From NCBI GenBank assembly GCA_043228905.1, contig JBHGNT010000013.1, positions 19,840,001 to 19,904,000 of the forward strand: DNA of 64,000 bases, written 5' to 3'. Numbering within the stretch: the first letter of the stretch is position 1; each line of letters begins with the position of its first letter. Of the stretch, positions 46,461 to 61,434 are shown one piece after another. The translations under genes and the position numbers were made by a program. This stretch comes from Azolla caroliniana. Lineage: Eukaryota > Plantae > Polypodiophyta. The notes beneath the pieces are model-generated. The model saw nothing but the letters and a program-made list of their open reading frames with translations. It did no database searches and had not been told where the DNA came from.

Positions 46461-48679
46461 TGTGATTCATTGAAAGAGAACCTTATAATACTAAAGGATG
46501 TACTCACAAAGATTACTACCACGCCACATAACATTATGGCATTTCATACAATGTACAAGGTCGAATTATTATGGTGTTTCATACGCCGCTAAGCACACTC
46601 CTTTCCATCTCATCTAGCCATCATTTATATTGAACTCTATATCCCTATATTACGAATTTCCATCAAAGAAAGGTGGAAGGGGATTGGTTCCCCTCTCTAG
46701 ACATGCATATTGAATTTTCATGAAGAGTTGGTGGCAGAAAAACATGAACATAAGTCTTGGCATAACAATAACGTCTTGGCAAACATGAACGATAAGGTCA
46801 AGGAAGGTGGTATGAGGACCATGTTCTCATTCAAAAGTTTTAAATAGAAACACAAGTGCTAGGCCACACGTGCCAAACATCACCATTGTGGAACTCAACA
46901 TCCCATAAATAATAAGGCTTGTGGATGATGCCTAGGGGAACCTAGTCAAAACTATTCACATCAAGGGAAGATTGGTGCATCAAGAGAAGTTATTGACCAT
47001 CTCTCCATGGCACAAAATGCTTTAAAGGCTCCTGTGAGTGCAGTAACTCCGTTCTCAACATATTAAAACGAAACCTATTGGGTTAGTGAATGATGAACAC
47101 AATAGAAACAATTCATTTCTCTACACTAGAGGTGTTGAAGCTCAAGATTCAACACTGGTGAAGATATTAACCTTCTCTCCATGATCGGGGAGGTTTAGAG
47201 ATCTACATACGAGCTCAATACAACATGAGTGAGTGGGCTATGATGTGGTTATTCGTCCCAACCTAAAGGCATTTTTAAGGGTGAAATACCTCAATCAAAC
47301 ACCCAATGAAAGCTCCTTAATGTACCTCTATTCTCTACCAACTAGTAGATTGTCTTGGGAAGAGAAATAGTTATGATTGTTAGTTGTCCTAACATATGAT
47401 TGTCGATTTGCTAACAAAGTCTTGTTAATATTAGGTTCTTTTTACTATATATATTATATAACAACCTCCCTCTTAGTACAAATTTCTCACTCTTTTACTC
47501 AACTAAGAGAAACCCGAAGAACCCTAGAAAAAGTAGAGAGAATGCCCACACCTTAATACCGAGAGGAAGGAAAGCTCCTCTCTTAACTAAGACGAAAACC
47601 CTCAAAACTATTAATCTCTAAAGAAAATGATGCACAACAAAATTGAAGAACCAATCCCAAAATAAGCCATCCCCTCTTCCTTCTATAGTAAAAGAAGAGA
47701 GTGGCCCAACTACCCCCTTTCTAATCAAGAAGTACTCATGGGTGCTCTACCTGAAGCCATAAACATACACACATGGCGGACATTCTCATATACGAAGCCA
47801 TAACCATCGAGCTTATATATTGCACCAACATTATCGCGGAGTTTCGATCGTACACACAAAATTGCAAACATAACACTCCCTCAAGTTCTAACAACAAAAT
47901 AAAAAACGAACATAACATCATTAAAAAACTCACCAAACGAATCCATGATTGGTGATAATCAAAGTACACCTTATGCTACCCTTTGAAATAACCAAGCAAA
48001 AGAATAGAAAACAAGCAATCGTGCTTCACCACTTGTGTAGGGACCTGTCAATTCCTCTTAATGTCAATATTGGACATGTACTCCTGAGTGCTCTACCTCA
48101 AGCCATAAACATTATACTCATCACAAGCATTCTCATCTACGACGCCATCGCCACCAACATTATATGTTGCACCTAAAGATCTCCTACAAGTCATACTTAG
48201 AGCAATATCTAACATGCACAAAATTAAGGCCCTACAACACAACAATAAGGGAATAGAGCTTGTCTCAAGATGCAACTACTTTTGTTGTTGTCTATGGAAT
48301 AGGTTGGAATGTGTCTATGGAATAGCTTGCAAATTATTGCCTGTTTTCCTCTACTTTGGAGTACATGGATTTGTTTCCTCAACCATTGTCTTAAACAAGA
48401 CGGGAAGACGGGTTGGGAAAAAATATTTTGTATGTTATAGTTATGACTTTTTTTAAAACTAATGGAAAGATATTTTATTTTGAAAACAATAAGGGAATAT
48501 AATAGAGGGTTGAATTATTTGTTACAAACACATTATCAATATTTGATATGTACCTGTAACACTGATTTTATAGAAATATTAAAAATTGGTTAGATAGGCA
48601 TGTAGACTTACAATTACAGAGATCTATAAAACAAACTTTAGAGCTCACACTAGTAGTCCACCCATGCACTCACACCTTA

Positions 48680-50201
48680 GACCTTAGATGGGATGTGGAC
48701 TACTAGTGTGAGTAGTGACTTTTGATGTTCAAGAACTTTACCAATGAATGTTGCAATCGAGAGTGCAATCGAGAGTAAAAATGAGTAGTGACTTTTGATG
48801 TTCAAGAACTTTACCAATGAATGTTGCAATCGAGAGTGCACATTGTGGTTGTGAGAGAAATTTGTGCAAGGATTGGGCTTGGTCGAAGATGTGTTGAAAG
48901 CACAATTGGATATTTTTGCTTGTTTCCCATGCAATTCTAGGAAGTTGATGTGAGGGACATTTTTGAACCTTAAGCATGTATTCAACAACCCTTTCCATGG
49001 CCATGATCTCAATGGGAAGTGATCTTGTATCAAGTAGGAGGGTGTAGGACGTCGAGAGAGAGAGCGAGAGAGAGCGATTTTATTATCGTCTTCGGAGGTC
49101 AAATATGACCTATGAGACCAAAAATATTACATTTCACGTGATACGTGTGAAAGTGAGTAGTGACTCTCAATGTTCAAGAACTTTACCAATGAATATTGCA
49201 ATCAAGAGTGCACATTGTGGTTGTGAGAGGAATTCATGCAAGCATTGGGCTTGGTCGAAGAGATGTGGAAAGTGTGGTTGAATATGATCAAAGGCAGAAC
49301 ATTGTATCAAAGTGTGATACTCAGACTCGCGAACTTGTTTAGGGCAAAGTGTGCATAGCTGACCACTCTCATCACTTGTGCCCCAACGCCTTGTCTCACA
49401 TCGCAATGCATGTGAGCTAAGTCACATGGAAGCAATGGTTCGAATGGCAGATAACGGTATGGGCTCTAACAAGCATCGATGTGTACGATTTCCCCATTTC
49501 GAAAAGAATATGGTTTTGTAGTTAGGTGCAACATGTGTAGTATATTGTGTGAAGCGTGAGCCTCCACATTTGTCCCATGTCATGATACATTGGCATTGCA
49601 AAAAGGCCTCATTTACAAAGGAATCTAATGATGTGTAGTATAATGTGTGAATTGTGAGCCTCCACATTTGTCTCATGCCATGATACATTGGCGTTGCAAA
49701 AAGGCCTCATTTACAAAGGAATCTAATGATGTGTAGTATAATGTGTGAAGCGTGAGCCTCCACATTTGTCTCATGTCATGATACATTGGTGTTGCAAAAA
49801 GGCCTCATTTACAAAGGAATCTAATGATGCATCATGAAGCATGTGTCTCGCATCCCATCTACCAAACCATTTTTCTATAGCTTGCATCCAATCGGAACAC
49901 AAAATTTTGCTTTTATGCGTGTTTTGGATCTTTTTGTTTGCTTCCCATGCAATTCTACGAAGTCGATGTGAGGGACTTTTTTGAACCTTAAGCATGTATT
50001 CAACAACCCTTTCCATGGCCATGATCTCAATGGGAAGCAATCCCGTCTTAAGGAGGAGGGTGTAGGGCGTTTGTTTCTTAACTTGTAAAAACTTTGTAAG
50101 AAAATGTTTTTGGATATTTTCAAACTCTTTCCACATAGATTTAGGGATGTTACCACCCCATACTTCCACCCCATAGAGAAGAACCGGTGTCACCAAAGTG
50201 T

Positions 50202-50204
<3 letters not shown>
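48680..50204 (-). mobile_element. 5'-truncated non-LTR retrotransposon (LINE) 3' fragments with internal duplications
   Basis: VTPVLLYGVEVWG (RT thumb region), GLLPIE, and a C-terminal CTLCP..ESEYHTLIQC zinc knuckle. A ~98-bp unit is triplicated at 49533-49829, and there is a second partial 3' copy at 48680-49050. Confidence 0.75.
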
Positions 50205-50252
<48 letters not shown>

Positions 50253-53200
50253 ATGTTCTCTGTTTGGTCTTAGTGTCACAATAAATGTGCAAGTTAATTT
50301 ATTGTAATGGGGATATTCCTTTTTTGTGAACTAATTGGCATATAATATGACCAACCTCCCTAGATAGTACTTATCTTAAAGTCAATGACACATACTTCAA
50401 GAGTAAGTACATCTTAACTTGCCCATAGAATATTCGTCTACACTTCAATTTGACTTGTCGATCCTATTACCCTACTTCCCTCTTTCCTAAACACATTATG
50501 TCATATTCATCTACATTTTCCTACATTGACACTTCATCGACCCATCGGGTTGCACAATAGCTACTCCACACTTGGGGAGTTATTAGAAAATGTGCACTCT
50601 AAGAGAACATGTGGGGATAAATGTAAAACTTGGGCTTGATCATAGATTATATCTAACACTCCCTCAATGGTCAACCCATTGAGTTGACTTGGAATGAGGC
50701 CAACTCCTAGTCGGTAATTATGTTGTTGTTGTTTTACTCCAAGCGCCTTTGGGAAGATGTCCACAACATTCTCTAATGTTAGACAATACTCTAGCTCCAT
50801 GGTCTCATGATCTATTAGCTCTCACACATAGTGATATTTAGAACCTCTATCTGTTTAGAATATGCATGAAATACAAGGTTTATAACAATGGCGATGAAAC
50901 TTTGATCGTCAAACTTCCATCATAATTTATTTGAATCGCACATTCATAAGGATTCTTCTTAGCCAAATTTCCTCACATGCCACTATGCATGCCACTTTGT
51001 ATTCCGCCTCCATTGAAGATAGTGCCATTGTTGGTTGATTTTACTAATGCATGAAACAACTCTAGAACCCTTTGAAAAACAATATCCAGAAACTGATTCT
51101 TCAGAATCACTCTTTCCTATCCAGTTAGAGTCTCAATACCCACTAAGTTAGTTAACTATTGACTTGTAGAAGATTCCATAACTTAAAGTACACACAATGT
51201 AATTTAATACACGTAGAGAACCATTCCAATGAGTCTCCTTCGGCTTGTTGTTGAATTGACTCACCACACCGACTGCAAAGCAAATATTCTCCCTAGTGTT
51301 GATAGGAAAATTGAACTCCCTACAAGCTGGCTATTCTTCCTTATGTCAACAATCAATTATCAGTGGAAGGTCTTCTTGGGATAACTTGCAGTTTGACTCC
51401 ATTGGAGTTGACTTCAACTTGTTGTCCATCATCCCAAAGGTCTTCAATATCTCTATTGCATACTTTCTTTGTGACTTAAAGATGCCAATTGAGGTTTACC
51501 AAACCTTAATCCCAAGGAAGTAGTGTAGAATCCCCAAGTTCGTCCTTTCAAACTCAATTTTCAAACACTCTTGTGTTTGGCCAATGCACTCTTCATGGTC
51601 ACGTGGAAGTACTAGATGCCCCACATAAATGATGATGATGATTTGTTTCTCGTCCTTCATTCTAATACACATACTTGCATAAGAAGCACATTGGTTAAAG
51701 TTGATTGATCAAGTAAGAAACAATCTACCCTCTTGTTCCAAGCTCGTGGTGTTTGCTTTAGACCATACAGCTTGTAGACTTTGTTTTTTGAGTTCGACAT
51801 CTCAAACATTGGTGGTTGTATCACATATACCTCCTCTTTGAGATGCCCATTCAAAAATGTCGATTTGGCATCCATCTAATAAATCGACCATATGATAAAT
51901 TGCAATACTCACAAAATTCTACCAATAAGAATTCTCCACCTTGATCAGAGTGTAACTCAATCAACTTTCTGGACTCCCACTCAACAAACTTATGTCATAT
52001 TTTGAAGTTACTAAAAGCTTTAGCCTTCTCCCGAAGGAAGTAAACCCATGTCTTGCTACTAAAGTCATTGACTACTAGCATATAACAAGAGATCTAGCCA
52101 TTGCATGAGTTATCATTTTGCCAAAAAGGTCAATGTATATCAGTTTTAGAAGAGACTTATTCCAATTTTGACTCTCTTTCGAAATTGATAATCTTTGATT
52201 CTTGCCCATCATACAAACATCACACATGTCATGACTTAAGTCAGATAGGGTCAACAACCCAACTACCATATTTGACTTCTTCATCTCCTTCAAGATGACA
52301 ACATTGAGATGCCCAAATCTCTCATGGCGTTGTCACGGTAATCCGTGAGTCCGTGTCTGAATGGGGAGGGACCATCGAGGCCTCAGTCCGAGGAGCCGGT
52401 GAGAGAAGAAGGGTGGTCAGAACCGATGTCCGGATACCTCTGTTGGATTGACTTCCGGACGCGTATCCGATCCGGAACGTTAAGCGCACGGGCTCGGAGA
52501 TGTGTATTGTTCCGGACCGTATGCTGGATTGCATCGATGAGCTCACGGGCTCACAGACTCAGGCCACACACGCCATAGGAACAGAATAGAGATAAGAACA
52601 TGAGCACGAGCGTGGCACGCACGCAACAAGCGGGAACAACTTAGAAATATCTGAGTACAAGAAGAGATTCAACAAAATACTGATGATTAACAGAGAACCA
52701 GAAAGAGTACAACCGGACGCAGCCAGTAAACACACAATAGCAAGCCTTCGATCGGGTGCACACAGGCTACCAACGCGAAACGGAGGCCTCATAGCACGAC
52801 GACAGAAACAGAGATCAAGAAGGCCAAAGTCTGCAGAGCTTGGTTTGGCAACACTTCATTCTCCAAAACGTGGATCCCCCCCTGAGTCTTCTCCCCCTCC
52901 ATTTTATAGCGGAAAGAGAGAGGAAGACCATTACATCAAGCTTTTACTACATCCGACTTCACCCCCCTGATTTCCTCCTCGATTTCCTCTTATCTATCAC
53001 TATTATTCTTCTCTATATGTGTGGGACATTAAAGTACCCATTAAACCCTATCCCCTAGTACTTACCAGTCCTATGTTATTTACACATATTGTACATCGAG
53101 ACAACCTTTGTGTGCATCCATGCACACCCCCGTTCCCGCAATCTCTGGCTCCCTTTCTCTCTATAGCCGGAATCTATCACGACAACGTTGCTTTGTGTTG

Positions 53201-54268
53201 GTAGTTGTACTCTGGTTGATAGAGATTATAAGCATGCTTAGCTCATAGATATTGTTGCGCCTTACCCCCCCCCCCCCCCCCCCCTATGCCTAAGACCTTG
53301 GTAACAAAATTATTTTTGCACTTGATTTCTTGAATCCAACATTAAGAACCTTCTTGATCAATGCAGAATGGACTGTCAAAAGATCTTCTTTAGATCCAGC
53401 ATGTACAACACTTGCGAGAGATGGTTCTAGTTTCTCTGGCCAGACATCAAGCATTGTCCCAACGACAACATTGATGGGCCCTTATAAAGGCGTCCAAGAG
53501 TTGTACCAGTCACAATTACGAGTCATATGTCGAGATGCTCCACTATTGAGAATCCATAAGTCATCGATGACGTGAGTATAGACTGAAGAATAGAAGTCTT
53601 TAGTTGCGACCCACAACTCAAGCTCATCCACAACATTGTTGGCTGACTCAGGCTTTCTCCAAGAACTTACTAGGCCCATTCTTCTCATCGGCCCAATAAG
53701 ACTTGATCATGTGACCCTTGTTTTCATTGTAGACACACAATCCATTAAACTTCTTCTTCTTTGGTATCCTATTCAAATTGTTTGAATTGGATGTCCCTTT
53801 ACCCTTAGTCATGGTGACAAATGCTAAATCTTCCCTTCCTTCACTTCTCTTCAGTCGAAGCTCCTCTTCAAGCAACATTGACTCAATTTGTCAAATAAAG
53901 GGGTGGGTCGAACCTGAGTGTTCAATGTTGTCATATGGCCGTCATACTTGAAGGAAGTACTCGAATGCACCAACAAACCATACGCTTTGGAGAGACTACT
54001 ACTCCAATAGCAACTAGCTTATCTTGAAGATCCTTAATCATTTTTATGAAGGATTCCACTTTGTCTCCATCAACGAGCTCTCTACAACTTGCATATTTTC
54101 AAGGTTTTGTATCCTTCTATAGTTTCTAGTCTCATATTGGTTGGCAAGTATGCTCTAGGCTTCATGTGCCCTAGTTGTATGTTGCACTAATGTTTTAGTA
54201 AGCTTAGATGGGACTTGGACTAGTTGACTACAAAATTAGTGGAGACAGATAATAATCACAACCACTAT

Positions 54269-54310
<42 letters not shown>

Positions 54311-54560
54311 TATATTCTCTATGTGGTCTTAGTGTCACATTAAAAGTACAACTCAGTTGATAGTAGTGGGGATATTCCTTTTCTATCAATTGGCTTGTCA
54401 TTTAATATGACCTAGTTCTTTAGATACAAGCTCATGCTAGATAGTACTTATCTTAAAGTCAGTAGCACATACTCTAAGATATATATCTTAACATGCCTAC
54501 AAAAGTTTCTTCTCATCAACCTAACTAGTCAATCCTATTAGCCTACTAAGTATATATTAT
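50205..54560 (-). mobile_element. Decayed Ty1/copia element with (TC)n-containing LTRs
   Basis: Related LTR segments follow (GA)n at 50205-50658 and about 54273-54560. Minus-strand PPT TTGAGGGAG|TGTTAG at 50658-50667. RNase H, MDAKSTFLNG, LYGLKQTPRAW, CDVCMMGK and WILNSGASRHMT remnants. Outer boundaries approximate. Confidence 0.75.
52331..53184 (-). mobile_element. GC-richer solo-LTR-like insertion inside the copia pol
   Basis: TGTCACG...CACGACA ends and minus-strand CTATAAAA near 52905. It splits the copia ATL|WHERFGH-like region; TSD unclear. Confidence 0.55.
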
Positions 54561-55609
54561 TGCCAACTAGACTTGTTTTGATCATGTATGCATTGACTAT
54601 GTCCACGTAATGTCAAAATTCAACAATAATCAATCTGTAGTCAAATTTGGATGCTTTAGAATGTACTTTGCAAGGCAATAAATTATTCCAACACTCCATT
54701 GTAAGTTGGAAATTTTCAAAATATCCTATATTCAATCACTCCATTGTCTTTGTATAAGCACTGAACCTTCCTAATGGGGAACTAGATTTTATTTCATCAT
54801 GAGTTCTACTCTACTTTGACATCATCTTATTGAGTCAGGAAGTACATCTGGAAATATTCATGATAACACATATAACACATACTACAAAGATCACACCTAT
54901 ATTTATCACATTGTAACTTCGTGAACAATTCAATAAGTGTTTTCTTATTTGAGGAAGTTATTCATGTCTACACCCCTAACTACCATTTTGCGTACCCAAT
55001 GTGCTACAACATAGTATAATTGATGATGGAAAGCACTTTCCAATACATATTTCTTAGTAACTAATTATATGTGCAACCTTTTAAATTGATAAATCCAACA
55101 TTCCATGTCAATTTAACTCTGAAGGTCAGATAATGTTTGTCTTTATTTATAGCTAACAAATTTATGTACATGTTGCATAACTGGGTACCATGACATACCT
55201 TTCATATTATCAACAGAATACAACTATTTTATCCCAGACACTCAAAAAATTCCGTACATTCTCAAAAAAAAATCTAACTGGTATATGTAGCATAATCATC
55301 AATAGTTTTCCCTCAAGGAATTTGTTTTCTTGTTCCAATTCATACTGACCACAAAGTTGCTTATCATTTAGCAAAGAACAGGTTAGGAAAGATGTCTATG
55401 CGTCACAAATAATTTACAGGTAATGATACATAAACCAGGAAGTAATACCTTGCATGCATATGGATTTGCATGTACACTTGATATTTGATACAAATGAATG
55501 GAGTCAGCTTCTACCACACCATGGTCAGTCTCTCAAGAAAAGTAATCAGCTTTCTCAGCCCATATGTCTACCCTAATTATGTGATATACAGTTAGTCAGT
55601 CCTTCCTAG

Positions 55610-58600
55610 CTAGCTGGCTTCCTCCATGTCATGATCATTATCATTATCACCAGCGTAATATTCATCATCCCGCTGAATATGTTTGTCTTGCGAGTATTCT
55701 GCAAAAACAAGGTTCCAAACAAACAAAGTTAAAAGACAAACGAGCTTTAGATAGTCGAAAGCAAAAAAAAACGATATACATACGGTCAATCCGCACATCT
55801 GGATTGAGATCATCCTCATCAATGTCAGGAAGATACCAATCAGGCGGAACCTGGAAATAACATACGAGAATAAGTTTTGTAGGTAAAAATGCCAAGCACA
55901 TTGACAAAATCTACCCACTATCCACAACCAAGGAAGATCCCACATGTTAATTCCATCCGAGCTAAGCCCGCTGGACAAGTTGCAGTTCCATATTGCCTTG
56001 TCGCTCTTAAAGCTATCCATCTGGACAATCACTCTTATTAAATTCGATGTGCCATGTAAGAAGCGTGCCATCATGTGCGAGCAGAGGAAGAGCAAGAATT
56101 CTGAATATGCTTTTTCTCATTATGCCAAGTAATACACCATATCATCTCAGAATGACATTCATGCACACTCCCCATATAGACTGATTAAGCTATAAAAAAA
56201 TAACTTGATTTTTAAAAAAAAACTAGGATAATAGGGTTTGTTTCTCTACGCACTTCGTGCATCTGCACACCGGGAGCATGCTGGATATTGCGAAGGTTCT
56301 CAAAGACTTCAATCTTGATGTTGTTCAGGTATACTTTGCTATTCAGGTTCTCCTGAAAAACTCAGAATGGTTACTTGCAATCCCAGGTCATCCAAGTAGT
56401 TAGAACAGTATCTCTAGGGAATACTTAATAAAACGGCAATTACCATAGTGTTTCCAGGATGTGTCCTTAGTTTGCAATCAGGTTTGAAGTAGCTAATGTA
56501 ATCGTTATCAGGTATCTCTGTAAAATCCCATAACTTTAGAAATAATCTTATGGCATATGCTTATCTTAATTTTTACAACTTACCATTTGGAAGCTCCGTG
56601 TCAAGCAGGGCACCTGTTTCGACAGTCCAACAGCGTGCAACATTCTCTTTGGTGTAACCGCCACCCCCAGTGACCTGTTCTTTGTTATAGTGGTATCTTA
56701 AGTTTAAGAAGTTTACAGGCACTTTTTAAAACTGCTATTTAGACAGCAAACAGCTTTAATGCAAAGCCAGAAATAAAAATGATTAATATATGCTTATAGA
56801 AAATGTTCAAACTAGCTGGTAGTGGGTACCCCAGTTTATGCTTCCAATTTTGAATCCTACATTTTTATGAGAATGTTTTGAGAAGGAAAAATGGTATTTT
56901 CACTTGAAACAGGCTGTTTCACCCCTAAACGTGTTACCATGAGAAATGTTGTCAAAATCTGAGTGCATTCTACATGGGTTTTATGAGTAGGTACAATAAG
57001 AAGCAGTAGAATAGGGATGCAAGAGAAATTAGGGCAGTGCTAAAAAGGGAAAATATCGCCAGCCCTCTGTATAACTGAGAACACAGTGATGGATGACACA
57101 TGAGGCTTAAATGCTGGGATTGTTGAAACATGACTTCGAGTTTACAATTTTATAATAGATAAATTATTATGTCCTTTACATGAAGAATAAAGGTTTCCAA
57201 GTTTAAGGTAGGTGTACGAAATTGAAGAAGAGGTGAAAGATCTACTGTGAGTAAAAAAGAGAAGAAAATGTTAACAAATGAAGATTATGGTTGCAAAAAG
57301 CACAAATTCAAGATCTTTCATAGCTTAGCAATATCATTGCATTGGAATCAATCAGAATTCAGGCATTTAAATCACCAAGTCAATCACAATTCGGGCACCT
57401 CAATCATTCGACTTTGGTCTTTACATGGTCATCCATTTAGTATGTTATTTTGTGAATGTACATTATCAGATTGCCTTGTAGAATTTTCTCTTGTATATAC
57501 AATTGGGATTCTACGCCTAATGTTTAACAGAACAGTGTATCTTGTTTATTCTAACATAAAACATCCAAGATACATAAATGAGCACGAAATTGAAATGAGA
57601 CTATGCCAAGGAAAAGTGCACCGCATTTTCTTATTTCCATGAAAGTTGGCATAAACATTGGTGTAGCATAAAAGCAAGCATGTAAAATCTGATGAAAGTT
57701 CTTAATTTTTAAACTGTTAATAGTTATGTGCTGCTAAATGCATATCGGGAGTGTTTTTAGAAGAATCCGTACCAACAGTGGAATATTCAGCTTCTTTACA
57801 AACCGCACACATTCTGCATGACCTGAAATGAAGCCAAAATGAAAGAGTTCAGAACCAGACTAGAGTTTAACCTCAAACAAAGCATAATTCAAATTCCAAT
57901 ACCCCAATTAGATAAACGATCTCCCATTCCTATATCAATAAAGTTGCAACCATGGTAAATTCTTAATATTTGATTCAGGATAGTTGGCAAATAAATGCAT
58001 CATTCTTGGCTGTTCGTTGGAATTCCCACACCCCAATTAGAAAGAAGGAAAGAAAGATATATTAACATCTTTTAAGAGGCCAAACAACAGATTACATCAT
58101 AAGTGTTGTCTCGTCTTTGAGAAACAATCTCCTCATCCCCATATCGAGAATCATGTCATTCTTGACTATATACATACTAGCCAAGAATGACATGATTAAG
58201 CAAGTTATCAATATTAGCTTTATGTAGATCTTGATTCCTGCAATTAGAGACAGACTGGGAATCCTTCAAACACAAATCAAAATACTCTTGCAATAAACCT
58301 GAATGGCTGGGGAAATTACCAAAGATTTAAAATACAATTCGCTACAGGTCATAAAGTGCAATAATGAAAACACTTTTTTGTGGCAAGAACAATGGACTGG
58401 ATATCATGCTCACTGGAATATGTGACTATATTATGGGAACTTGAGAGTAACAATTTGGGTATTGAGAAGTATGCCAATTTTTTCACTCGTTGCTGTCCAT
58501 GAGATCTAGGTCAAATGTTTCTCATAAATTACCCTCAATAGAAAGATTGAAACATCCAAGCCGATCTCCTGCAAGTGAATCAGCACCACATTGTAGCACA

Positions 58601-61434
58601 ATAGCGCCCGGCTGATAAAACTCAACGACCTTTGCAATGATCTGCAGCCTCTCACAGTAAGTGATAAACTAGTTAATACAGGTTTTTATCGTTACGAAGA
58701 ATAAAATAATAATAAAACACTGAAGGATGTATTTACCGACTTAAATGTCCGATTAAAGCTGCCATCATCAATCCCATCTTTTAGTGGCACATTAATTGCA
58801 TAGTACTTCCCCTCACTTGATCCCACATCCTTGAAAGATAAAGGATATCATGAGAACGTAATATGTGTTATGTGCCACTCAAGCATGAATGCCATTATTT
58901 CAAATGCCTAGTTAAATTAAATGGCCAGCTGATGGCAGCATGATCTTCCATGCGCATTAAAGATAATAAAAAATGGTTCATCTAAAGATCAAATGTGCAT
59001 ATAAAATGGCTAACATAACATGAAACTGGAAAATAATTTTTCGGAAATTGCAATGACTACAAGAAGATCAGGCATGAATGACATACCTAATGACACCAAG
59101 ACCTCTGGTGTGCAAATAATATACAATGACAATTCAAAGATCAAATGTGCATATAAAATGGCTAACGCAAAAACTGGAGAACAGTCTTTTCAGAATTTTC
59201 CAATCTACCAAAGTACATATTTATCATTGTTTTGACATTTAAAATAACAAAACGTTCTTTAAATTTCAGATGTTTATCGCTTTGTTTTAATTATACATTC
59301 ATTAGTCCGCATTACCATACTCACCATTATTGTTCACAAATTAGCCTATTTGTAGTAAAGGGAAATTTTGTCCAAATATGCTTATTTGCATCAAAATTTC
59401 AATTAGTATGCTTGCTTGTTTTTTCAAATTGAGGCTCTTAATCATTCGAATAAGCAGATTATGTTTCTAATTATTTAATTAGGAGAACTCCACTTTTTTA
59501 GCAAAGCCTAATTTTCCTAATTATACATGCTCACTTTCTAATTAAAGAAAGATTAATATTTCGAGCTTGTAATTACCAGAACTATAAATAGCATCACCTG
59601 TCATTTTTTAAGGTAAATTTGAAAATATGGAAGCATGCTTTTTAAAATTCTGATATGCATAAGCATCCCCATATTAAAATCTCACAAGATGGCATCCTAT
59701 AAAAAATGATTTGATCTAAGGTTGCAGATCTATAATCAAATCTATTCAGAAACTATGGACCACCAGATTGTGGATTTATATGTTTCAACTTGTAATAAAG
59801 GTAACTAGTAAACTAATCTGGCTATAATAAAATCAAGTGGATCGATGATCATTGACAAATATAACTCTTCTGCTTTTTTAGAATAACAGTGAAATTTGGG
59901 TTACCTTCACATCTCCGGTTCCTGGAAAGAAGTAATCTCCAAACTTATGGAAGCTTACTGTCATCACCCTGCATGGCAGACACATTATGTTCTAAACAGT
60001 TTAGCCAAGAGTATCTAAAGTTCTAGACTTGTTGCTAGAAAAAGGAACGGAAATCACAAGTCTATCTTGGATTGAAACTCATAATTGGAATAGATCCCAG
60101 AAAATCCATGCTTGCTCATAATCCTTAGGATATAGATCTAACTTATGATAAATCAAGGCATTTGTCTACACATTTATGAATGCCAAGTCCATTATAGCAG
60201 TCTTGGTGTTAACACCATGTCTGGTAATAGATCAAAAGGAAAGCTACAATCCTTCAGCAATAGATAATTACACCACACCAAAGATCATGGTCTTTGCCTC
60301 TGCACTCAATATCACACTAGATTCCACTATTAATGATTAACAACAAATCAACATGTCATTTCTACGTCACATCCCTACCTAATTAATACACACACCACAT
60401 TATAGGCCAGCCTAAGCCTGTGCATAGACCACGAAACTCAAAAATAGATTTCAATAACAGAATCACCATGTCACACCAAAAGGTCATTCCATGGAGAACA
60501 TACCAAAAAGTTACACACAACATAAACAAAAAACTGCACACAAAATCATTGCCTACAGACCTGTCTGTCTGATAAAATGCCTCCTCCACACCATCACCAT
60601 GATGTACATCGATATCAATATATAGTACACGAGCATGATATTTTAACAACTCAAGAATTCCAAGAACAAGATCATTCACATAGCAGAACCCAGAAGCTTC
60701 ACACTTTCTGGCATGATGCAGCCCACCAGCCCAATTTATGGCAATATCACAGAGCCCACTGTTTAACCTATGAGCAGCATCTGCTTTACAATAGTGAAGA
60801 TTCAGTAATGTACAACAACTTTCCAAAACGCTGTAATGCAATGTAGCTAGAACAGAATCCATACCAATAGTCCCACCAGCATAAATCTGACAGAATTCAA
60901 AGAGGTTATCGAAAACAGGGCAGTCCTCCCCCATGTTATCTGTAAAATATGGCCTATATATTATTTGCAATAGAATAGCAAGGGCATAAAAATTACAAGA
61001 ATCACGTATGCATTTCACTCTGTACAAACAACTGTACAACATTGCACTGAAATAAATGAGGCTTCCGAAAAAATCTCAATTAATTTATAAACAATCAGTG
61101 AAATAGACCTCTGATGTATAGTACTCACATTTTAGTAGCTCCTGTGAGAACTGCTCCTGAGTATCTGGAGTAATTCTACGCAAGAATTCAATGTAATCAG
61201 TTGAATGGAACTGAGCTAACTCTACTGGGTATGCTTTGTGTGGTCTCTACAAGAAAACACATCATTATGAGACATAAATCACCTTCTTGATATGAATACA
61301 AAAACAGAATGAGAGAATTACATAAATCTCCATCTTATTGTGAAGCCCATATGCTAGGACAAGATTATGAGTCATGCATAGTCGATGAGGCTTCATTGGG
61401 TGATTAGGCCCATAATATACACTTCCAACATCAC
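55610..61434 (-). CDS. HDA9: RPD3/class I histone deacetylase, HDA9-like; multi-exon, first coding exon not found in window
   Basis: Exons encode [103 protein letters not shown] and [14 protein letters not shown], matching the plant HDA9 pattern. Confidence 0.93.

Noticed and set aside
47730-48280. Possible Harbinger-like transposase relic / small ORFs
   Set aside because: No convincing motif; short ORFs on both strands are consistent with chance.
53264-53284. Long poly-C run (possible G-quadruplex)
   Set aside because: Homopolymer expansion inside a dead copia pol; it may also be a sequencing artefact.
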